Source: an uncultured Actinomycetota bacterium (GTDB lineage Bacteria > Actinomycetota > Thermoleophilia > Gaiellales > Gaiellaceae). Taken from it: a stretch of 64,000 nt of DNA. The first letter of the stretch is position 1. Every line of letters begins with the position of its first letter. The notes beneath the pieces were generated by a model. The model was not told the DNA's origin, did no database searches, and saw only the letters and a program-made list of their open reading frames with translations. A program made the position numbers and the translations under genes. Shown here one piece after another: positions 1 to 8,965 of the stretch. Location: the NCBI GenBank assembly GCA_963828105.1, contig CAWHDF010000020.1, forward strand, positions 17,392 to 81,391, in the 5' to 3' direction.

Positions 1-14
1 CGCCCCTAAACGCG

Positions 15-1187
15 GTGATTGCGAGTCGGCCCGCTGGATTCGCCGCTGCCCGCATCGACAGGACGGTGCCGTTGGGAAACGTGACCCGGTTCCGGCCGGG
101 TGCGTTCAAGGTGCTCGTGCCGCGCACGTCGACCGCGGTGCAGGTACGAGTTTTTTCGCGTAAGGCTGTCGCTCTCAGGCGAGTCGTGCAGCGCTTCAGC
201 ACGACGACGATCAAGGGTGTGCCGACGCGGGTGCTCACGCTCACTGCGCCGAGCGAGACCGTGATGCTGTCGCGGTCGCTGCTCGAGGTCGACCACAACC
301 TCTCTCGTTTGAAGTGGCTGCTCGTCGTGATCTCGCTTGGCGGCATCGGCGCGGCGGCAATCCTGGGCGCGCTCGTCTCGGGCCGCGCGGTGGCCCCGCT
401 TCGGCGGTTGACCGAGGCGACGGAGCGGATCGTCGAGACCGGCGACCTCAGCGAGCGGACCGGCAGGCGCGGCCGGGACGAGATCAGCCGCCTCTCGGTT
501 CGCCTCGACGAGCTTCTCGGGAGCCTGGAAGCTTCGCTGCGCACCCAGCGACAACTCGTCGCCGACGCGTCGCATGAGCTGCGAACCCCGCTGACGACGC
601 TGCGCGCCAACGTCGGCCTCCTCTCCCGTCCCGGCGCGCTCCAAGAGGGCGAGCGGGAAGGGCTGCTCGCCGATGTGCAGGAGGAGCTCGAAGCGATGAC
701 GACTCTCGTTGGCGAGCTCGTCGAGCTCGCACGCGGCGAGGAGCGCGATGTCGCACCACGGGAGTTCCGGCTCGACGAGGTCGTCCGGGCCGTCGTTGAC
801 CGGGCTGCCCGACGCCCGGCCGCGGTGTCGTTCACGACCCGGCTCGAGCCGTCGGTCATTACGGGAGTGCCCGAACGCGTCGAGCGGGCGGTCGCAAACC
901 TGCTCGACAACGCAAGCAAGTGGAGTCCTCCCGACCGGGCGGTCGAGGTCGCCGTTTGTGGGGGGCTCGTCGAGGTGCGTGACCACGGGCCGGGAATCGC
1001 GAGCGAGGACCGTCCACTCGTCTTCGACCGGTTCTACCGCTCCGAGCGGGCGAGGGGGATGCCCGGCGCCGGTCTCGGTCTCGCGATCGTCAAGCAGATC
1101 GCCGACGCGCACGGCGGGACCGTGACGGTCGATGAGGCGCCGGGTGGCGGGGCGATTCTGCGACTGCGATTTTCAACGACACGTTAG
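15..1187 (+). CDS. Sensor histidine kinase (HAMP-HisKA-HATPase_c); 5' end probably cut by window edge
   Basis: ORF 15..1187. One TM (LLVVISLGGIGAAAILGALV), H-box SHELRTPLT and G-box GLGLAIV are present. The frame stays open to position 3, and the first TM expected for this class is absent. Confidence 0.85.
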   Translation: MIASRPAGFAAARIDRTVPLGNVTRFRPGAFKVLVPRTSTAVQVRVFSRKAVALRRVVQRFSTTTIKGVPTRVLTLTAPSETVMLSRSLLEVDHNLSRLKWLLVVISLGGIGAAAILGALVSGRAVAPLRRLTEATERIVETGDLSERTGRRGRDEISRLSVRLDELLGSLEASLRTQRQLVADASHELRTPLTTLRANVGLLSRPGALQEGEREGLLADVQEELEAMTTLVGELVELARGEERDVAPREFRLDEVVRAVVDRAARRPAAVSFTTRLEPSVITGVPERVERAVANLLDNASKWSPPDRAVEVAVCGGLVEVRDHGPGIASEDRPLVFDRFYRSERARGMPGAGLGLAIVKQIADAHGGTVTVDEAPGGGAILRLRFSTTR

Positions 1188-1193
1188 ACGCGC

Positions 1194-1224
1194 TTTAGAG
1201 CTGTTTTAGAGCTGGCTGTTTACC
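1194..1224 (+). promoter_or_regulatory. Tandem direct repeats upstream of the lipoprotein gene (candidate OmpR-family response-regulator site)
   Basis: TTTAGAGCTG (1194-1203) is immediately repeated as TTTTAGAGCTG (1204-1214), followed by GCTGTTTACC. It lies in the 74-bp gap between the kinase stop and the lipoprotein start. Confidence 0.3.
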
Positions 1225-1261
1225 TACACGGGGTGGACGACGCCGGGATGCGATTCGGGTT

Positions 1262-1888
1262 TTGAGCAGGGGCGGACACTCGCTGGTCACGCGGGTGCGG
1301 TCGCGGAGCGGGCACGGACCAGCGCTCGGGCCGTGTCTCGCGGCGGTTGTCGTCGCGCTGGCGGGCTGTGGCGGCGGTGGGAAGGCGCCCGCGGTTGCGA
1401 GTCTCGGGCCCACCACCTCGACGGCGCCGAGCACGAGCCAATCCCCAGCGGCGGGAACGAGCGGCGGCAGCGGGTCGGCGGGCTTCGTCGCCTTCGCCGC
1501 CTGCATGAACAGGCACGGGGTTCCGGTCACGGTCACTCGAGGCCCGGGCGGTGCCGGGGGGATCGAGATCGGTTCGGGCAGCGCCTCGAGCGGCATCGTT
1601 CCGGGTTCGCCTCGGCTCCAGGCAGCTCAGCGGGTGTGTCAGAAGCTGCTTCCGGGTGGCGGTCCCAAGCAACTGACGCCCGCGCAACAGGCCGAGTCGA
1701 CACGGAGCGAGCTCGCGTTTGCCGAGTGCATGCGCAAGCACGGTTACCCTGGCTTTCCCGACCCTGACAGCCAGGGTGTGCTCAACCTGAGCGGCATCGA
1801 CCCGCGCTCGGCCCAGTTTCAAAGCTCGATGAAATCATGCCGGCCGCAGGGAGGGGTCATCGCGATCAGGGCGCGCGCGACGTCATGA
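1262..1888 (+). CDS. Secreted lipoprotein with duplicated C-M-R-x-H-G...F-P-D-P cysteine motif (function unknown)
   Basis: Lipobox-like VVVALAGCGGGG. Motifs FAACMNRHGVP and FAECMRKHGYPGFPDPDSQG. A paralog lies at 15131..15874. The start codon (TTG 1262 or GTG 1295) is uncertain. Confidence 0.7.
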   Translation: MSRGGHSLVTRVRSRSGHGPALGPCLAAVVVALAGCGGGGKAPAVASLGPTTSTAPSTSQSPAAGTSGGSGSAGFVAFAACMNRHGVPVTVTRGPGGAGGIEIGSGSASSGIVPGSPRLQAAQRVCQKLLPGGGPKQLTPAQQAESTRSELAFAECMRKHGYPGFPDPDSQGVLNLSGIDPRSAQFQSSMKSCRPQGGVIAIRARATS

Positions 1889-1894
1889 GCCCGA

Positions 1895-3472
1895 ATGTCC
1901 AGAGGCGTAGCGGCCGTGCCGGCGCCTGAGGAAACCCGAGTCTCGCTGCCGGCGTCGCCTGGCCCGCTGCCGGCGAGGCGGGAGCTGCTGCGGGTGCGAC
2001 GGCGGCCGCTGGCCGTCCTGCTCGCCGTCGTGACGGTCGCCGTCGCGATCGTCGTCTTGCTCATGACGGGTGTGTTCGCAAGCGGTGGTTCGAGCACAGG
2101 CGGACTCGTTGACAACCCGTATCCAACCGCGGTCGCACGCGTGACGCGCCAGTCGTTGTCGCAACAAACCCAGGTGAGCGCGACGCTGACCTACGCTGGC
2201 TCGGCCACGATCGTCGCCCCTTCCGGGACCTCTCCGCCCGATCTGCTCCAGGCTCAGCAGCAGGTCACCAGCGACGAGGGCATGCTCGACGCAGCGAACG
2301 CGACGCTTACGAGCGACAGCGGTTCGCTCGCCCAACTCGAGGCGGATCTTGCGGCCGCCCGGGCGAAGGAGGCGGTCGACTGCGCGGGAGCGAACGCTGC
2401 CCAGACCGCCTCCGGCAGTTCCACGGGTGCGGATTCCGGCACAAGCGGATGCTCGTCGGATGTCCAGAATGTCACCACCGACGAGCAGAGCTTGACGCAG
2501 GATACGACCAAGGTTGCATCCGATCGGACACAGGTGTCCTCGGCCGCGGGTTCGCTGGCGGGTGCCGAGACCGCCCTGGCCGCGGCCGGAACGTCGGCAT
2601 CGCTCTACGGGCAGGACTCGACCTACACGACGCTCCCTGCGCTCGGCCAGATCGTGAAACGTGGGCAGTCCCTCTACGCCGTCAGCGGTAGCCCGGTCTT
2701 TCTGCTCTACGGCCAGACCGCGGCCTGGCGAGCGTTCGTGAGTGGAATGTCACCGGGCCCCGACGTCGCCGAGCTGAACGCGAACCTCGACGCCCTCGGC
2801 TACGGGAAGGGCCTCGCCGGCGACACCTTCACCCCGGCGAGCGCTACTGCGATCGAGGCGTTCCAGACAGCCCGCGGCGTTCCTCCGAGCGGACAGCTGC
2901 TGCTCGGCGCGGTTGTCTTCCAGCCGGGAGCCGTCCGCGTCACGAGCGTGACCCCGACACTGGGCGCAACCGTGCAGCCTGGGCCCGTCTTGACCGTCAC
3001 GTTGACGACGCGGCAGGTGCAGATCCAGCTCGACGCGGCGCTTCAGTCCGAGGTCAAGCTCGGCGACGCGGTCACGATCACCCTCCCGGACAACGAGAAC
3101 ACCCCCGGCGTCGTCTCGTACGTGGGGACCGTCGCGACGACGCCGTCGAACAACGGCGGCGGTGGAGGTTCGAGCAGTCCGACGATCAACGTGTATGTTA
3201 CCCCGACCGAGCCGGCGGCCACCGGGAGCCTCGACCAGGCCCCGGTGAACGTCTCGATTACGACCGCGAGCGTGAGCAACGTGCTCGTCGTACCTGTCGA
3301 TGCGCTGCTCGCGCTCGCGAGCGGCGGCTATGCAGTCGAGGAGATCGACACCGGCGGCATCCATCAGCTCGTCGGCGTGACGCTCGGGCTGTTCGATGAC
3401 GCCAACGGTGACGTCCAGGTGAGCGGCCCCGGTCTCGCCGCCGGCCAGCGCGTCGTGGTGCCCAACCTATGA
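1895..3472 (+). CDS. HlyD/MacA-type periplasmic adaptor with inserted peptidoglycan-binding (PG_binding_1-like) domain
   Basis: N-terminal TM, then a Q/A/S/T-rich coiled-coil region. PG-binding-like segment [37 protein letters not shown]-terminal beta-barrel-like region. The stop overlaps the next start (ATGA at 3469-3472). Confidence 0.8.
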   Translation: MSRGVAAVPAPEETRVSLPASPGPLPARRELLRVRRRPLAVLLAVVTVAVAIVVLLMTGVFASGGSSTGGLVDNPYPTAVARVTRQSLSQQTQVSATLTYAGSATIVAPSGTSPPDLLQAQQQVTSDEGMLDAANATLTSDSGSLAQLEADLAAARAKEAVDCAGANAAQTASGSSTGADSGTSGCSSDVQNVTTDEQSLTQDTTKVASDRTQVSSAAGSLAGAETALAAAGTSASLYGQDSTYTTLPALGQIVKRGQSLYAVSGSPVFLLYGQTAAWRAFVSGMSPGPDVAELNANLDALGYGKGLAGDTFTPASATAIEAFQTARGVPPSGQLLLGAVVFQPGAVRVTSVTPTLGATVQPGPVLTVTLTTRQVQIQLDAALQSEVKLGDAVTITLPDNENTPGVVSYVGTVATTPSNNGGGGGSSSPTINVYVTPTEPAATGSLDQAPVNVSITTASVSNVLVVPVDALLALASGGYAVEEIDTGGIHQLVGVTLGLFDDANGDVQVSGPGLAAGQRVVVPNL

Positions 3473-4233
3473 CCATCGCGCTCCCGCAGCTCGCCGAGGC
3501 CGGTACGGGTGCCGACGCGTCCGGGTCGGCCGGCGCGACGCCCGTGCTCGAGCTCATCGAGGTGACGAAGCTCTACCCTGCCGAGCCTCCAGTCGCCGCC
3601 CTGGACGCCGTGAGCTTCGCGGTCTCCCGCGGGGAGCTCGTCGCGATCGTCGGTCCGTCGGGTTCGGGCAAGTCGACGCTCCTGCATCTGATGGGGACGC
3701 TCGACCGGCCGAGCTCTGGCACCGTGCGGATCACCGGTCTCGATGTCGCGGTGATGTCGGACCGGGAACTGTCGGCGCTCCGCGCAACCAGGATCGGTTT
3801 CGTCTTCCAGCAGTTCTTTCTCGCCGAACACGCGTCCGTGCTCGAGAACGTCGCCGACGGGCTGCTCTACGCAGGTGTCGGCGCCCCGACCAGACGCGAA
3901 CTCGCAGCCGAGGCGCTCGCGCGGGTCGGTCTCTCGCACCGCGCCCGGTTTCGTCCGACGCAGCTTTCGGGCGGCGAGCGCCAGCGAGTCGCGATCGCGC
4001 GCGCCCTCGTCGGCCAACCGGCGATCGTGCTCGCCGACGAACCGACGGGCAACCTCGATTCCGCCAACGGCGCGGCGATCGTCGCGCTGCTCGAGCAACT
4101 GCATGCCGAGGGAGCGACGATCGTCGTGATCACCCATGACCGCGACCTCGCCTCCCGGCTCCCCCGACAGGTCGAGATGCTCGACGGTCGTATCGTCACC
4201 GATAGCGCCCTGGCGGCGGGAAGTCCGCGATGA
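3469..4233 (+). CDS. ABC transporter ATP-binding protein, MacB/LolD-type
   Basis: Walker [10 protein letters not shown], signature [15 protein letters not shown], Walker [13 protein letters not shown]. Confidence 0.93.
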   Translation: MTIALPQLAEAGTGADASGSAGATPVLELIEVTKLYPAEPPVAALDAVSFAVSRGELVAIVGPSGSGKSTLLHLMGTLDRPSSGTVRITGLDVAVMSDRELSALRATRIGFVFQQFFLAEHASVLENVADGLLYAGVGAPTRRELAAEALARVGLSHRARFRPTQLSGGERQRVAIARALVGQPAIVLADEPTGNLDSANGAAIVALLEQLHAEGATIVVITHDRDLASRLPRQVEMLDGRIVTDSALAAGSPR

Positions 4234-6548
4234 ACAGGCCGCAGAGGATTCACCGTCGCGCAATCCCCGTCGAGGGCAGCGCTGTCACTCGGCTCGGCGC
4301 CCTTCTGCTGGTCACGCTCGCCGGCGCCCTCGGTAGCCTCATGCCGGCCTCGGTCATTTCGGCGCAGGCCGACCCGAGCCCGGCGGTCACCACCTCCTCG
4401 TGCCCGGCGTCGAATCCGCCTGACGAGCTGACGCTTGCCGGCGGTAGCCCGCAGACAGCGAAGCTCGACTCCCCCTTTGCCTCGCCCTTCCAGGTCACGC
4501 TCGCGAACAGCAACGGCTGTCCGGTCACGACCGCGGTTGCAGGCACACCGGTCACGTTCACTGCGCCCGCGAACGGATCGAGCACCGCCAGTGGGGCATT
4601 CGCGGCGAGCGGGTCGAGCGCGGTCACCGTCGGCGCCGACGCGAGCGGAAACGCAGCGACGCCGACGTTCACGGCCAACGACATCGCCGGCAGCTACACC
4701 GTCACCGCGAGCTCGAGCTACGGCTCGGTCGCGTTCTCGCTCACGAACACCGCTGCCGGAATCGCCGTTTCGCTGACCCCGCAGGCGCCCCTCAGCGAGG
4801 CCGCGTTCACGAGCGCGCGCTACAACGAGCCGTTGCAGGTGGTCGTCCTTGACGCCAACGGGAACCCGGTCGAGGGGGCGGCCGTCACCTTCTCGCTCGG
4901 TTCGTCGGGGGGAGGCGGGACAGGGGCAGGAGCCGGTGCGTCGTCCCCGGCAGGCGCGACGTTCGCGACCGGCGACACGCAAGCCGCCGTGACGACGAAC
5001 GCATCGGGTCTGGCCGTCTCGCCGCTCTTCACCGCCAACGCCGAGCCGGGGGCGTTCAGCGCGAGCGCCGCGACCCCGGGTGTCGCTGAGCCCGCGATCT
5101 TCAAGCTCGACAACGTCGCCGGCAAACCGCCCGCGATCAGGCTCGTCGGAAGCTTGCGCCGCTCCGCCGTCGTCGGCGATCGTTACCGCGCGCCCCTCCA
5201 GGTCAGGGTTCTCGACGCCGCGGGCACGCCCGTTCAGGGCGCGACCGTCACCTTCGTGCTCGGCGCGGGCGCCGCTGGCTCGGGCGCGGGGGCCGCGGCC
5301 GGCTCGGGCGGCGGAGCGGCCGGAGCAAACTTCCTCGACGGCAGCACCCAGGCTACCGAGACGACGGGGCCGCGCGGTTTCGCCACCTCGCCGCTCTTCG
5401 TCGCGAATGGCAGCGCGGGCACGTTCACCGCGACCGTCGCGCTCGCGGGCAGGACGAACCCGCTGGCCGTGACGCTCGCAAACCTCGCGGGCAAACCCCC
5501 GGTGATCACGGCCCTCGGAGCAGCTCACGCGGCCGCGACGGTCGACACGCGCTACCGCCGGCCGCTCGCGGTCAAGGTTGTCGCGGCCGACGGCCTTCCC
5601 ATCGAAGGGATGACCGTGAGCTTCTCGCTCGGGACGGGCGGCGCCGGTGGATCGGGCGCAGGCGGCGCCTCGGGCTCCGCGGGAGCGAGCTTCCTCGGCG
5701 GAGCCAGCCAGGTGAGCGAGCCCACCAACGCGCATGGTGTCGCGTTCTCCCCGGCGTTCACCGCGGATGACACCCCGGGCGCGTTCACCGCGACCGCGTC
5801 GATCAGTGGTGTCTCGAACCCTGTGAGCTTTGGGCTCGACAATCTTGCGGCCAAGCCACCTGTGATCAGGGCAGAGGGACCGCTGCCGCGGTCGGCAACC
5901 GTCGGCGGCCGCTTCCCGCAACCGCTGCGGGTTAGGGTTGTAGCCGCCGACGGGAGGCCGGTACAGGGCACGAGTGTCACCTTTACGCTCGGTGGCTCCG
6001 GTGCCGGGGCCGCCGCGTCCGGGTCGTCGGGTAGCGCGGGGGCGTCCTTCGTCGGCGGTGGGGGCTCGGCGAGTGAGACGACCAACGCAGCCGGCGTGGC
6101 CGTCTCGCCGGCGTTCACGGCCAACACCGTTGCCGGCGCTTTCACGGCGAGCGCCTCGGCGCCGGGCACGGCTGCGGTCGCGAACTTCCCACTGCGCAAC
6201 CTCGCCGGCCGGGCGACGTCGCTCACTGTCGGAGCGGCAGGGAGCGAACAGACGACCGTGAACACACGCTTCCCGATCCTCCTCGCCGTCACCGTCAAGG
6301 ACGCCGACGGCAACCCCGTCGCAGGTGCGGTCGTCACGTTCACCGCCCCGAGCCGCGGCGCGAGTGGCCGCTTCGCGGCTCCCGGGGCCGGCCGCCACGT
6401 CGCGCGTGTCAGGACGAACAGTGACGGGATCGCGTTGGCGCCGCCGTTCGGCGCCAACCACCAGGCCGGGGGATACGTTGTCAAGGCGGCGGTCAGGGGC
6501 GCCGCGGTGGTTGCGTTCGCGCTCGTCAACCAGCCGCCCGGCCCGTGA
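4230..6548 (+). CDS. Secreted protein of about seven Big_1/invasin-like Ig repeats, embedded in the ABC operon
   Basis: Signal peptide ([23 protein letters not shown]). Roughly 100-aa repeats of the form YRxPLxVxVxDAxGxPVxGxxVTFxLG...ATSPxFTAN..GxFTA, with G/A/S-rich loops. ATGA overlap with the ATPase and GTGA overlap with the permease. Confidence 0.8.
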   Translation: MNRPQRIHRRAIPVEGSAVTRLGALLLVTLAGALGSLMPASVISAQADPSPAVTTSSCPASNPPDELTLAGGSPQTAKLDSPFASPFQVTLANSNGCPVTTAVAGTPVTFTAPANGSSTASGAFAASGSSAVTVGADASGNAATPTFTANDIAGSYTVTASSSYGSVAFSLTNTAAGIAVSLTPQAPLSEAAFTSARYNEPLQVVVLDANGNPVEGAAVTFSLGSSGGGGTGAGAGASSPAGATFATGDTQAAVTTNASGLAVSPLFTANAEPGAFSASAATPGVAEPAIFKLDNVAGKPPAIRLVGSLRRSAVVGDRYRAPLQVRVLDAAGTPVQGATVTFVLGAGAAGSGAGAAAGSGGGAAGANFLDGSTQATETTGPRGFATSPLFVANGSAGTFTATVALAGRTNPLAVTLANLAGKPPVITALGAAHAAATVDTRYRRPLAVKVVAADGLPIEGMTVSFSLGTGGAGGSGAGGASGSAGASFLGGASQVSEPTNAHGVAFSPAFTADDTPGAFTATASISGVSNPVSFGLDNLAAKPPVIRAEGPLPRSATVGGRFPQPLRVRVVAADGRPVQGTSVTFTLGGSGAGAAASGSSGSAGASFVGGGGSASETTNAAGVAVSPAFTANTVAGAFTASASAPGTAAVANFPLRNLAGRATSLTVGAAGSEQTTVNTRFPILLAVTVKDADGNPVAGAVVTFTAPSRGASGRFAAPGAGRHVARVRTNSDGIALAPPFGANHQAGGYVVKAAVRGAAVVAFALVNQPPGP

Positions 6549-7750
6549 CGGCGACACCGGCTCTCTCCCCCAAGCGCCTCCACCCGGGCGACCTCGCGCG
6601 CGTCGCGAGCGTCGGCGTGCGTACGCGTCGCCTCCGTGCCGGGCTGTCGGCGCTCGGGATCGCGATCGGTGTCGCAGCGATCGTTGCCGTGCTCGGCCTT
6701 TCGTCCTCGTCCAAGGCAGGGCTGCTCGCCGAGATCGACAAGCTCGGCACGAACCTGTTGACCGTCACAACCGGTCAGACGCTCTTCGGCGGGACGGCCG
6801 AGCTGCCCCTGGCTGCGCCCGGGATGATCGGCCGCATCGGGCCGGTCGCCGAGGTTGCCGACACCGGCTCGACGAGCGTGAACGTCTACCGGAGTCCGCT
6901 CATCCCGTCGGTCAACACCAATGCGCTCAGCGTGCAGGCGGCGACACTCGGGCTGCTCCCCGTGGTCGGCTCGACCGTCGCGCAGGGGTCGTTTCTGAAC
7001 GCCGCGACGGCAACCGAGCCGGTCTGCGTGCTCGGGGCACAGGCGGCGCAGCTGCTCGGGATCGACCGCGTGTATCCCGGACTGCGTGTCTGGCTGGGAG
7101 GGATGTGGTTCTACGTCACCGGCATCCTCACCTCCGCCGCACTCGCGCCCGAGATTGACTCAAGCGTCCTCGTCGGATTCCCCGCCGCCGACAAGTACCT
7201 CGGGCTCGACGGTCACCCGACGACGATCTACGTCCGTACGGTCACGAGCCAGACGCAGGCCGTCTACAACGTGCTGGCAGCCACTGCCAATCCCGAAGAC
7301 CCAAGCGAAGTGGATGTGAGCCAGCCGTCCGCCGCGCTTACCGCGCGTGCCGACGCGCAGGGCGCGCTCAACGGGCTCTTCCTCGGCCTCGGAGCGGTGT
7401 CTCTGCTCGTCGGTGCGGTCGGGGTCGCGAACATCATGATCATCAGCGTGCTCGAACGTCGGAGCGAGATCGGGCTGCGGCGGGCGCTCGGCGCCACGAA
7501 GGGTCACATCCGCACCCAATTTCTCGGCGAGGCGATCCTGCTGGCGCTGCTCGGCGGTGCCGTCGGCGTAATTCTCGGCATTGTCGCGACCGGCGTTTAC
7601 GCGCACACCAAACACTGGGCGACCGTCATCCCGACCCTCGCCTGGGCCGGCGGACTCGGGGCCGCATTCGCGATCGGCGCGATCGCGGGCCTCCTCCCGG
7701 CCATCCGGGCCGCGCGCCTCTCCCCGACCGACGCGCTCCGAACAGTCTGA
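6545..7750 (+). CDS. ABC transporter permease, MacB/FtsX-type with extracytoplasmic domain
   Basis: 401 aa. An N-terminal TM, a large extracytoplasmic domain and three C-terminal TMs. FtsX-like segment IMIISVLERRSEIGLRRALGATKGHI. Confidence 0.9.
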   Translation: MTATPALSPKRLHPGDLARVASVGVRTRRLRAGLSALGIAIGVAAIVAVLGLSSSSKAGLLAEIDKLGTNLLTVTTGQTLFGGTAELPLAAPGMIGRIGPVAEVADTGSTSVNVYRSPLIPSVNTNALSVQAATLGLLPVVGSTVAQGSFLNAATATEPVCVLGAQAAQLLGIDRVYPGLRVWLGGMWFYVTGILTSAALAPEIDSSVLVGFPAADKYLGLDGHPTTIYVRTVTSQTQAVYNVLAATANPEDPSEVDVSQPSAALTARADAQGALNGLFLGLGAVSLLVGAVGVANIMIISVLERRSEIGLRRALGATKGHIRTQFLGEAILLALLGGAVGVILGIVATGVYAHTKHWATVIPTLAWAGGLGAAFAIGAIAGLLPAIRAARLSPTDALRTV

Positions 7751-7889
7751 GCGACCGGCCTCCGACGCCGATGATCGGGCAGTAGCACGAGCCCGCGGAG
7801 CCTTCCGGCGCCTTCGCCGCGAGCGACGAGTGCTCAACTGCCGGACGCGGACGCCCGCCTCGCCGGCTGCGGCAGCAAGACTTGCGGGT

Positions 7890-8702
7890 GTGACGTTCGT
7901 GATCTGCCGTACCTGTGGCGTCGAGCATCCGTCCGGCGCGGCACGCTGCGCAATCTGCTCCGACGAGCGCCAGTGGGTGCCCGTTGCGGGACAGGCCTGG
8001 GCGACGCTTGCCGAGCTTCGCGCAGCGGGGACGACTGTCGCGATGGCGGAGCTCGAGCCCGGCTTACTCGGCGTCTCGGCGCTCCCCGGTGTCGGCATCG
8101 GTCAGCAGTCGAAGCTGCTCGTGACGGCGTACGGCTCGCTGCTCTGGGATCCGATCGGCTACGTCGACGAGGCGGCGGTCGCGTCGATCCTGGCGCACGG
8201 CCCGGTCATGGCCGTCGCCGCCAGCCATCCGCACATGTTCGGTGTCCAGGTCGAATGGAGCCGACGACTCGGTGGGGTGCCGGTCTACGTTTCGGCGGCC
8301 GATCGTCGCTGGGTCGCGCGTCGCGATACCGCGATCACCACCTGGTCGGGAACTCACGAGCCGCTTCCCGGGGTGACCCTGAAGCAGGTCGGCGGCCACT
8401 TCCCCGGTAGCGCCGTCGTCCATTTCATCGCGCCCGACGGGAAGGGAGTCTTGCTCTCGAGCGACAGCGTCTACGTGAATCCTGATCGAGTCTCCGTCTC
8501 CTTCATGCGGAGCTTTCCGAACCACATCCCACAGTCGGCGGCCGTGGTCGAGCGGATTGTGAAGGCGCTCGACGGATACGCCTACGACCGTATCTACGGC
8601 AACTTTCTGAGCTCGATCGCTGAGCGCGGACGTGAGCTCGTCCAGCGTTCGGCGGCTCGTCACCTTGCCTGGGTGAGAGGCGAGCATGACGACCTGACCT
8701 GA
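7890..8702 (+). CDS. MBL-fold-like protein with N-terminal Cys4 zinc-ribbon
   Basis: CRTCGVEH...CAICSDER ribbon and a degenerate metallo-beta-lactamase-like core (ASHPHMF). The start was moved to in-frame GTG 7890, because the upstream part of ORF 7581..8702 is low-complexity R/P/S sequence overlapping the permease 3' end. Confidence 0.55.
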   Translation: MTFVICRTCGVEHPSGAARCAICSDERQWVPVAGQAWATLAELRAAGTTVAMAELEPGLLGVSALPGVGIGQQSKLLVTAYGSLLWDPIGYVDEAAVASILAHGPVMAVAASHPHMFGVQVEWSRRLGGVPVYVSAADRRWVARRDTAITTWSGTHEPLPGVTLKQVGGHFPGSAVVHFIAPDGKGVLLSSDSVYVNPDRVSVSFMRSFPNHIPQSAAVVERIVKALDGYAYDRIYGNFLSSIAERGRELVQRSAARHLAWVRGEHDDLT

Positions 8703-8792
8703 GCGTCCCGGAGAGTCGGTCCGAGACTTGCCACGTTGCCTCGCGTGCCGACGGTCGCGCCGCATTCGGTGCAGTTCTGCCGCGACGAACCC

Positions 8793-8829
8793 GGTCGACA
8801 GGGCGGGGTTCGAGGCTCGCCTGTCGACC
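8793..8829. terminator. GC-rich hairpin between convergent genes (candidate bidirectional terminator)
   Basis: GGTCGACAGG ... CCTGTCGACC forms a perfect 10-bp stem. It lies between the MBL-like gene stop (8702) and the micro-ORF stop (8842). Confidence 0.4.
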
Positions 8830-8841
8830 GGTCGCCCGCTG

Positions 8842-8919
8842 TTAGCAGCAGCTGCCGTTGCCGCAGCCACAGCCGCAGCCGCAGTCGCACTCCAATCTCA
8901 GCACGGATCCTCCCTTCAT
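8842..8919 (-). CDS. Cys/Gly-rich micro-protein (25 aa from ATG, 20 aa if GTG start), metallothionein-like candidate
   Basis: My own translation gives MKGGSVLRLECDCGCGCGCGNGSCC*, with 7 Cys in the last 15 residues. The internal AAGGGAGGA sequence would serve as a Shine-Dalgarno for the in-frame GTG. It is divergent from the ArsR-family gene and is below the size cut-off of the ORF track. Confidence 0.5.
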   Translation of the reverse strand: MKGGSVLRLECDCGCGCGCGNGSCC

Positions 8920-8965
8920 CGATAGACATCGATAAATACGATACGTGCTATATTGATAGACGTCA
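8920..8965. promoter_or_regulatory. AT-rich divergent intergenic region with two short palindromes (candidate ArsR/SmtB operators)
   Basis: TCGAT-AGAC-ATCGA and ATTGA-TAGACG-TCAAT both contain GATAGAC. This is the only AT-rich stretch in the neighbourhood, and it sits between the micro-ORF and the ArsR-family gene. Confidence 0.4.

Noticed and set aside
3867-6557. 896-aa ORF antisense to the Ig-repeat gene. Similar giants occur at 17847-20126, 39960-41720, 47722-49164, 52773-54167 and 59845-61719.
   Set aside because: They are extremely Arg/Gly/Asp/Glu-rich with no domain motifs. Each lies exactly antisense to a gene with strong motif support. This is the typical stop-codon-poor ghost frame of high-GC DNA.
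7581-7889. Upstream 100 codons of ORF 7581..8702.
   Set aside because: Low-complexity R/P/S sequence that overlaps the permease 3' end. The zinc-ribbon protein starts plausibly at GTG 7890.
8851-8889. GCAGCC/GCCGCA-type short tandem repeats, together with the hexamer repeat at 27447-27480, considered as a CRISPR or microsatellite locus.
   Set aside because: Units are 6 nt with no spacers, and they sit inside reading frames (Cys-Gly and His-Glu/His-Gly codon repeats). They are not CRISPR.
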